Origin: Oculina patagonica
Lineage: Eukaryota
NCBI RefSeq assembly: GCF_052425735.1
Contig: NC_135767.1
Coordinates: 6,262,001 to 6,326,000, forward strand
Direction of reading: 5' to 3'
DNA length: 64,000 bases
Part shown: piece after piece, positions 55,545 to 64,000 of the stretch
Layout of the letters: each line of letters starts with the position of its first letter
Numbering within the stretch: the stretch's first letter is position 1
The notes under the pieces: model-generated
The model's input: only the letters and a program-made list of their open reading frames with translations
What the model was told of the DNA's origin: nothing
Database searches by the model: none
Made by a program: the position numbers and the translations under genes

Positions 55545-58330
55545 ATCATTTCATGCAATTCTTCTGGAGCCTTGAAAAAAGGTTCTAACCTTTCGGGCAC
55601 GCACACTTATCTCCTCAATACGTTACTGGGTTGGGCAGAAATCTCTGCTCCCACGTGCTACAACGAGTATAGTTCCCGTGTTTTTATATCACGTTAAACG
55701 CAACTACTTCCGGTGTACAAGGACTTCCGCTGGGAAGCCCGTGACTCCCCGCAGATGTAAGCGTGGAGTAACGTAACAAAGGGTGCGAACTACGAGGGCG
55801 CGGCATCGTGCGCGAAAAAGAAATTAAAATATTGTTGCTGAATATTCTCGGAACATCCTTTATTTTGATGCTATTTTCGAATCATATGTCCTATCCCGGA
55901 CGTTCTGACCGTTTGCAAAGAAACTTAATGTTACCTTGTTTCACGACCTTTCACGGCTGCTTAGATTTCAGCGGATGACATTTCTGAAAAGTACATAGAT
56001 ACCCTTTAAAGGCTGGTTAACCCTTCATTGGCTTTTTATGTCTATTTCAGCTGCTTCCATAGCTGCTAACAGGCTCTCTTGTGGTTTAAAAGACAAACTA
56101 CTTTTCAGAATCGCATGTACAGAGAAAGAAAGAAAGCTCTAAAATAAAGTTATCAGAAACTTGCTCTGCACAATGCAGTAGCTAATGTACAACAGTTAAG
56201 CAGTATTTGACAAACCCGCAAGTAAACGGAAATCGGGGTTTTAATTAAAATTAAACGTATCAAAGAAACAGTTTTGGGTGTGTATCTTTTTAATAAATTT
56301 ATTTCTTTAGCTTATCGCCTCCCGCTGGGAAATCAATAAATACATACATTTCTCAGTCATAAGCCGTACATTACTTGTTCATTTAAGCGCTTACAAAGTC
56401 TTCGTTTTCATCATATTTGCACACCATTAGCAATAAATGATTGACATAAAAACCGCCAAGTGTTGTGGCTTCCTTACAAGGTTGGAATTCGAACGTTTGA
56501 TCGGCCGAGCACAAAAGACATGGTCAACACACTTTCATGAACAACTTCCGGTATTTGCATCCGGAATTTCCTAGTAAGGACACCCACGCATGGCGATTAT
56601 AAGTTCTGAGGTTGCATGACTTTCGCTTTAAAATGTCCTGAAAATCGTATACAAAATATTTTATGGTCAGGTTTACGTTTAGTGATCGTGTACAAAATCT
56701 AAATTTAGCGTCAATGTTTATTGAATGTTTTTTACGTTCCGTGTCAAAACTAGAGCGGAGTTTTCGATGCGCAGTTTTGTTTTCCAAACTTGGCGAGTTT
56801 ACGTGATTTTATGCCGAATTTAATTTCGTGTTTCGGTTTGCAACAAAACCGCAAGAGCTGAACATCATTGTGATATTATTAGTCCGCAAACCATTCATTA
56901 ATCGTACACGAAAATATGATCATATCACGAACTTCTATCAGCCAGTAAATCAAGACTAACTTGTTTCTGTAAACGTTTTAAATAGCAATGATCAACCGTA
57001 ATTTCTAATTTTGATTTTCATTAATCTACTGATATGCAATATAGGCGCTACGAAAAATCATTCGTGTCGTTTTAAAATGTTGTTGTTGCTGAAGGCTTAT
57101 CTCGTCACTCCCTCCACTGGGGGAACTATAAAACAGAACACTACTATATAAAGAGCTCTTGACCAAATAAACCACGAATATCGAAGCCCCCTTCCTTGAT
57201 ATCAATATCGTTTTAATATTTGAAACATTCGAATTAATTTCTCTTTTTATCCAGGGTTTAAAAGCTGCCGATCGCTGTACCGATCTGTTTTTACACGAAA
57301 TCTTTGCTAACTGAGCCTAGATTGTCGCCTAGATTATGGGACAAAAGTTCGGTTTGACGTAAATTTTAGAGGGATTGGTTAATTACGTCACATCCGTCGA
57401 GTTTTCGCGCAACTCCGCGGGAAAAATACACCCGAAAACTCTATCCGCTCGTCTGGACGAACAAAAATTCTGGACTGTCTAAGAGGGACAAACTTGAGAC
57501 TTTGAACACTATACCATACATAGAAAAATAATTAGATTTTCGCGTACACTATTAAAATGTGTGATATGTGCTCATTAGGACAGATCCTCGAGTGATGCTG
57601 TCAAAATTGACCAATCACACGCCGTGAAATGGACTAATTTCAAAGGTCAGCGGTGCATGTGCTGCACGCTTCCTGCGATCGAAAAAGGTGTTGTTTTACG
57701 GGAAGCAGAAACTTTTCCATCGTCTTCCGAAAGCCAGTATTTACAAACAATTCGCGAGGGAGCGTGAACGAGCACTGGTTACGTTCTGAAGTGGACAGAT
57801 GCCGTTTAAAAATCGACCACACGGCGAAGATTCTTATCAACTAATTAATGACTGGAAGCTCATTTGTGCATGAATGACACAACGACGTGACACTGATCAT
57901 TAGAAATCAAATATCCAAGTATTTTGCGAAATTCGACCCTGAAATCTAACACCAATTAAGCGGACGACGAATTCTTTGAACGATTGAAATCACGAAGCTA
58001 CAGTCTTTGTTTACGGGGCTGCGTTTGTAAAACTCTTTCTGTGGGATCTGAACAGTGGAATACCTTTGCGGAATTGGTGTCTAGCCGTAACTATTCTAGC
58101 GGGGAGCGATTTCTTAATTACCGTACCATCGGATTGGGGTCGAAACTTGTTACAGATGTGTACAGCTTGAAGGTGTCAACGCGGTGTGAATTCAAGATTC
58201 TTTGTTGAGCTGTTGTGAAACTGGACTGTGGACGAAATTGCGACCAGAATTTGTTAGCTGTTATCCAATCAGTCCAATTGAATGTGAAGTTGACTTTTTA
58301 CATGTAAATCGCCGAGTGCTCAATTGATCA

Positions 58331-61159
58331 ATGCAGCACATAGGACATACCATGGCATCCCCGATTAAGCGAATCATGAGTTTAAGGGAGACTAAATCAA
58401 ATAACGTCGACGATTCGTCGCCATCCCAGGCCGTAAATCGAAAGCCGAAATTCCTTAAAATTTTGCGAAGACCTTCGTTTAACCAGGGACGAAAACGAAG
58501 CACTGAAGAACAGGAGCGTGTCGCAAACGGAATGGCGGACGATCAACAGAATGCGGTGAAGCCGGTCGTGAAATCGACAAACCAAACACGCGATTTGGAC
58601 GCGCTTCAACAATACCACAAAGAGCTTCATAGCGCTGTACAGTATTTTATTCTCGTTGTGGACAAATTCAAAAACAACATGGACATTGTAATGGCTAAAA
58701 TCCCCGATAACACTTCGATTGTGTTGGAATCGGTCATCAATATCGATAATATGCTTGATACTTGTCTCCGGCTTCATAGCAGCAACCGAGACCTAATGCC
58801 ACACAGAATTACCATTCACAAGCGAGTTGCAGAACTCGTTCGCTGGACCGATCAGCTTTTGGTTCGAGGCAACGTAAAAGGCAATTTAGAAGAAGGCGTG
58901 CAATTTGTCAAAGAACTCGAAGCAAGCGTGCAGGAATTAGTCGATTTGGCAATACCGCGGCTTAGGAAACGTCAAGTCAACGACGAAATCAGAAATTCTA
59001 TTTTCATGTTCGAGGGCAGTAGCGAGAGTATTCAAGTCGGAGAGGAGAATTCTGATTTTGGACATTCATCAAATCGAAGAGATTCTGGAATAAGCGAAGG
59101 AAGTCTGATTGATGGTGCGGTTCATGATTCCAACTCATCAAGGGTTTCCCCCTCGACCTCCCGTGATTCAGGTCGTGGTTCTTACAACTACATCCTTGAT
59201 CAACCTGATACGGCTCATCATAATGGCTATCTGAGTCCACCAGAACCGCCCAGGAGAGGACAACATTCGTACAGGACCACGTCAAGTTACAACCATAGTA
59301 ATGCTACTATGAAGAACTCTGATTGGTCACTTAGCCAGGCGAGTGACACTTCCAGCTATCGCTCCCTGCCGCAGTCACCTGTCAGTTCGCAGGAAGAATT
59401 TACTGGTCATGCTTACCTTTCTGCGGCAAGTTCTGTAGAGGAAAGTTCATTCTTCTCTGCCGACGAGGGTGATCAGATGCCGTCATATGAAGAACCAGAT
59501 AGTCCCATTATCCAAGCATCCTTTTTAGGATACATAGAGAATCATGAACAATCGGCACCACATAAGAAGACAAAGTCATTCCAAGTGTACATTGAACTTG
59601 TTGGAAATTACACTCAGCCTGCTGATGGCATCTTACGTCGACCATCGTCAGCCTATGATGGTTACCAAGAAAATTTTCGAAGGAGCATCGCAACGAACAA
59701 TTCTCCCACTTCTGCACCAATTCTAAAGAAGGAAATGTTCGCTTTCCGAAATGTAACTGACTCTGAACGTTCTCATTCGCTTCCGACCCTTCAAGGACAT
59801 ACAGGGAGAATCACACATTCAAACCAATCAAATAGCAACCTTGACTGGAACAAGAATGTGCGGGCAGAAATTCAAAGAAAGAAGCTGCTTCCACTGGAAG
59901 AGGAGCGAGGGCGGAAGAAAAGTAACGCCAGTAGCAGCTCAAGCAGTTTGAGCGGGACGGAGGAGGAAGACGTCAACACTCCTGCCCTTGACTGTTTGGA
60001 CGTTTCTAGGTTTCTTGTTTATCGCGACGATGAAGATGGTCATACACTGGTCGGTGGTGCTATTGACGCCCTGATAGTACATGCTAGTGGTTCTACGAAG
60101 AAAGACTTGGTTTATTACGAAGCTTTTCTTACTACGTACAGAACGTTCATCTCCTCTAAAGACTTGATTACCAAGCTTCTGTACCGTGAGAGAAGGTTTC
60201 GTGAGAAAGGTTGCAAGAAAGCCAGCCAAAATGCTTTCTTTTTGCTTTTGCGTGTTGTTGATGAGCTCACTGGCAAGGTCGAGAGGAGCATCCTGGAGCA
60301 GCTAATGAAGGAAGTCTATCGCCTTCTAGTCAATGGGGATATCGTTCTTGGAAAGATTCTTCGTGACAAGATGCTGCCTAAATGTGAGCATTACTACCGG
60401 TCACGTACTTCATCAGGGGCTGTTTACCCCACGATTACTTTTGATCCTTCGCTTAAGTACACTGTCCTTGATTTTCATGCAGAGGAGTTAGCAAAGCAGC
60501 TGACTTTGATTGACGCCAAGAATTTCCACAACATTGAGATTCCAGAGATCCTTTCGTGGGGCAAGGAGCAGAAGGAAGAGTTGTCACCAAACTTGTGCAT
60601 TTTCACGGAACATTTCAACAAGGTTTCGTACTGGTGTCGCACGCATGTTCTCTCCTTTGAGAAGCAGAAAGATCGTGAACAAGTGTACGTGAAGTTCCTG
60701 AAGATCATGAAGCACTTGCGGCGGTTCAATGACTTTAATTCCTTCTTTGGAATCCTGTCTGCACTGGACTGCTCTGCAGTGCGGAGACTCAACTGGCCAA
60801 AGCATCTGCCAGAAAGCTTGTCCGAGTACACATCATTGCTCGACAGCTCCTCGTCATTCAAGGCTTACCGTGACGCCTTGGCAGCTGCGGAGCCTCCATG
60901 CATCCCCTATCTTGGACTCATTCTGCAAGATGTCACATTCGTTTACCATGGCAACGCTGATGAGCTGCCTGATGGCAAAGTGAATTTTGTCAAGAGGTGG
61001 CAGCTCTTTAACATTGTGGACAATGTGCGTCGATTCAAACTCACTTCTTATGACTTTGAGTGGAATGATCAGATTGCGCAGCTTTTTGCTGGAATGGACA
61101 ATTTCCTGTCAGAGGAGGACTTGTATGACAGGTCACTCAAATTGAAGCCTCGAGAATGA
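58331..61159 (+). CDS. RAPGEF1: Rap guanine nucleotide exchange factor 1 (C3G)-like, single-exon CDS; the start may be ATG 58352 (better context, caccATGG)
   Basis: Uninterrupted 942-aa ORF. C3G-type N-terminal helical domain (KELHSAVQYFILVVDK..SIVLESV); REM domain (GGAIDALIVHA..YYEAFLTTYRTFIS..LITKLLYR; NAFFLLLRVVDEL); CDC25 domain (LDFHAEELAKQLTLID..EIPEIL.W.KEQKEELSPNLCIFTEHFNKVSYW..PPCIPYLGLILQDVTFV..GN..KVNFVKRWQ). Confidence 0.92.
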   Translation: MQHIGHTMASPIKRIMSLRETKSNNVDDSSPSQAVNRKPKFLKILRRPSFNQGRKRSTEEQERVANGMADDQQNAVKPVVKSTNQTRDLDALQQYHKELHSAVQYFILVVDKFKNNMDIVMAKIPDNTSIVLESVINIDNMLDTCLRLHSSNRDLMPHRITIHKRVAELVRWTDQLLVRGNVKGNLEEGVQFVKELEASVQELVDLAIPRLRKRQVNDEIRNSIFMFEGSSESIQVGEENSDFGHSSNRRDSGISEGSLIDGAVHDSNSSRVSPSTSRDSGRGSYNYILDQPDTAHHNGYLSPPEPPRRGQHSYRTTSSYNHSNATMKNSDWSLSQASDTSSYRSLPQSPVSSQEEFTGHAYLSAASSVEESSFFSADEGDQMPSYEEPDSPIIQASFLGYIENHEQSAPHKKTKSFQVYIELVGNYTQPADGILRRPSSAYDGYQENFRRSIATNNSPTSAPILKKEMFAFRNVTDSERSHSLPTLQGHTGRITHSNQSNSNLDWNKNVRAEIQRKKLLPLEEERGRKKSNASSSSSSLSGTEEEDVNTPALDCLDVSRFLVYRDDEDGHTLVGGAIDALIVHASGSTKKDLVYYEAFLTTYRTFISSKDLITKLLYRERRFREKGCKKASQNAFFLLLRVVDELTGKVERSILEQLMKEVYRLLVNGDIVLGKILRDKMLPKCEHYYRSRTSSGAVYPTITFDPSLKYTVLDFHAEELAKQLTLIDAKNFHNIEIPEILSWGKEQKEELSPNLCIFTEHFNKVSYWCRTHVLSFEKQKDREQVYVKFLKIMKHLRRFNDFNSFFGILSALDCSAVRRLNWPKHLPESLSEYTSLLDSSSSFKAYRDALAAAEPPCIPYLGLILQDVTFVYHGNADELPDGKVNFVKRWQLFNIVDNVRRFKLTSYDFEWNDQIAQLFAGMDNFLSEEDLYDRSLKLKPRE

Positions 61160-64000
61160 AGGCACCACATGTAGCCATGACTGAATTTTAGTACAGGTTT
61201 GCTAAATCATTACATTTTTATTTCCAAGATGTACTTTTATATTCAAGCAATACATAATATTCATGAAGTTCATATATTAGCTCTTATAGTACTAAGCTTT
61301 TCATTGTCAAATTCCACTACAAAATGCTTGATTTGTTTTCTATTTTATCCATATCCCAAAGTCTTGTATAGTTGCATGAAATTATATTTGGGGTGTTAAG
61401 TTTTATATAATGATGCAAGATGTAATTTGAAATATTCTGGGAAAATTTTTACACGTCAAATCAATTACATGACACTCTCTGTGGGTTTTGATGATGGAAT
61501 GTAAAAATTCATGAGAATTATTGCTGCTGATGCAATGACAATCCTGGTAGCTGTAGGCCATAAGATCAGTTTCTTGTTGTGTGCTCATTTCGCTGCCTAC
61601 AATAGATATGACCCAAATCATTATATGATGACTTAGCAGATAGTGTCTTTGACTGGTTGTTACTTGTGTGCAGAAAATCATCACCAAGTATCCCCAGTCA
61701 AAAACAATTTGCAGATTTATGCAGTACTATTTCATCAATGTGCGATTTTACAACTTGAATTGTGAAAGATGAGCATGCAACAAGAGGCATCTCTTTTCTC
61801 AAGCCATGCATGTAAGTGACATTGGTGATGCACTTTTTATCGCAATTTTACTGACCGTCAAAGTGCGCAATTTGTTGAAAACCAGTTCCAAAATGAAGCA
61901 AGAAAGTACCATAAAGAGTTTCAGTCATTGCAATGCTTGGGTGTTAAATTTAATTATTATTACTTGACACTTATATCTTTGACTATTCCTGGTCACTCTG
62001 TACCTATCATATAGGAAAAATAATGTAAGGGTTAAATAATTTTTACTATGGGGTATGTTATTGCATGCGGACATCCAAGCGAGGCTCTATATGGATATGA
62101 CTGATGTCGGCAACAGTATTTTTGAGACAGAACCATTATCCTAGTGACGGGAGTGATGGTCCACAACAAAATACCAAAAATAGTAACCAGCGACAAAAGT
62201 TCAATATTATGGTCACCAAACAGACCCATTCGCAGAAACTTAATGATCACTTGATATGTAGTCTATAACCATTAAGGACCTCGCATTAAGTTGATGTCAA
62301 TATCATTTGCCGATGTAGAATATTCATAGTAAGTCTTCTAGGAGTAAAGTGTTTATCAATGTATAGATAAGCTTCTTCGATACATTAATATTATTGTATT
62401 GTTTTTACGGACTCGAACAGCAATATTATTTATGATGTTGAGGGTCAGAGCTTTTGGCGCTAGAGAACTGTTGCTGCTTCAGTTCACTTGAATATTTACA
62501 GCGAAATTAAGTGTAATTTATTTTGTGCAATAAGATTGTGAGCGAGAGTAGGTTTTGCAGTGTTTTTAATTATTAAAAGATGACATATTTTTGTATTTTT
62601 TACAAACAAATTTGAAAGGCATAGTCGTTCAGTGTAAAGTTATCACTTCCGATCCGAAACTAATGTTGTTTACAAGGAAAGGGTCTTTCATCCAAATGAA
62701 ATTATTTTTCTACAAGTAGACTAGAATGCTCAAAATTATTGCTATGTTTGAAATGAATTGATTTTTACCTTGGGTCAAGCTGCTACACAGCAGGAAGCGA
62801 GACAATCTTACTTTTCACTGATCTTATCAAAAAGATATTTCAGTATTGCGATAGTCTGATTTTAGCATCCTGAAGTGTTTTCTTACATGTAGTTTTCTTC
62901 AAGACTTTGAGAAAAAGACTTAAAAAATTAACGATTTGAAAACTCTGCCACAATATATTGCAAAGATTTGATTGCTTTTATAAATAGTATATCATACTAA
63001 CCTTTTATAATTCAAAGTGCTAAGTCTGTTTTGCAGATCTAAGTTATTTTTATGATTCAAAAGTTACAATAACTAGGTCACAACAGGAAACATTTTAAGA
63101 ATAGATAAGATGATGGGCTTCTGATAAGATATAGAGCTGTATTGCTTCTCTTCTTAAATGTAATCAGTTTTTAAGATCTTACAAAGGAAGTTTTAAGAAG
63201 CCTCCCATTCACTTTAATTAAATTTGTAAATAATTTACATTTGTCAGACTTTGTAATAAATAATTACTGCCAAACAAAAACCTTTTTATATATTAAAATT
63301 GTGAAGTATTGACAATGTGTTGTTTTGTTCTATGGGATTAGGGATTTAGAAAAGATGTGGTTCCTATTTGCTGGGATCTGTAACATAGATTAGCTAAAGA
63401 ATGTCGGTTTTAGAACACAGATACACGTTTTAATGATCTGTTGGCCATGATGGTTATCAGAAAATACTGAGATTTATCTCATGGCACATGAAAAATTTGA
63501 AACATCTAATAACTCCTCATAAGTGAATTGGTATTTATATGCTTGGCTTAATTTAGAAGGAATATTTATTAGCACTGTAAAAAAAATCAAGGCTTGATTT
63601 AAAGTGTTTATTGTTATTTCGATTGCAAAACGACTTTAAATGGAGAGTTGTTTGGGGTCGTTTACTCTTAAACTGGATTTTTAGGGATTACTGGGCAATG
63701 CGCTTACTAATCCAGCTTTGTAGTTTGATTCTTATTATCTTTACTGCAATGTTCAAATCGTTGTAAATCCTTTTTGTTAATGAGCTATTTTCTTCTAGTA
63801 GAAATCTTATAATGGAATAACCCAAATGAGATAATTTTAAAGCATCTGTCTCACTTCAAGTCAATTGGACGTGCTAACTAATTTGCAGTTTGAAACTTGC
63901 CACTCAAATTTGCAATAGCGTGAACTATGAGGGCAATTCATAACATTTTGAGAGGTGATTGCGGTTTTTAACGTACACTGTATGTTTAAATTGTTCACCA

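Noticed and set aside
58261-60983. Antisense and alternative-frame ORFs over RAPGEF1
   Set aside because: Short shadows of a GC-richer coding region, with no motifs.

Overview
AT-rich, intron- and transposon-dense eukaryotic DNA. The SINE and MITE families suggest an anthozoan, probably a stony coral (inference). Five genes were reconstructed by hand from GT-AG junctions and frame continuity. (1) The 5' part of a KDM5/JARID1 histone demethylase (-, 16 exons, running off the left edge). (2) CCDC77 (+, 4 exons), divergent from KDM5. (3) An IQSEC/BRAG ARF-GEF (-, 17 exons, plus an apparent alternative last exon), convergent on CCDC77. (4) Phosducin-like PDCL (-, 8 exons). (5) An intronless RAPGEF1/C3G-like Rap GEF (+, 942 aa), divergent from PDCL. 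Introns and intergenic DNA hold many non-autonomous DNA transposons (TTAA, 3-, 6- and 8-bp and TA target duplications, several nested), tRNA-derived SINEs and a young 5'-truncated RTE-type LINE. No new multi-gene system is evident. The best leads are the KDM5-CCDC77-IQSEC linkage shared with vertebrates, the intronless C3G, the alternative IQSEC C-termini, a candidate 49-nt intron/uORF switch at the KDM5 start, repeated transposon nesting, and several strong hairpin structures.
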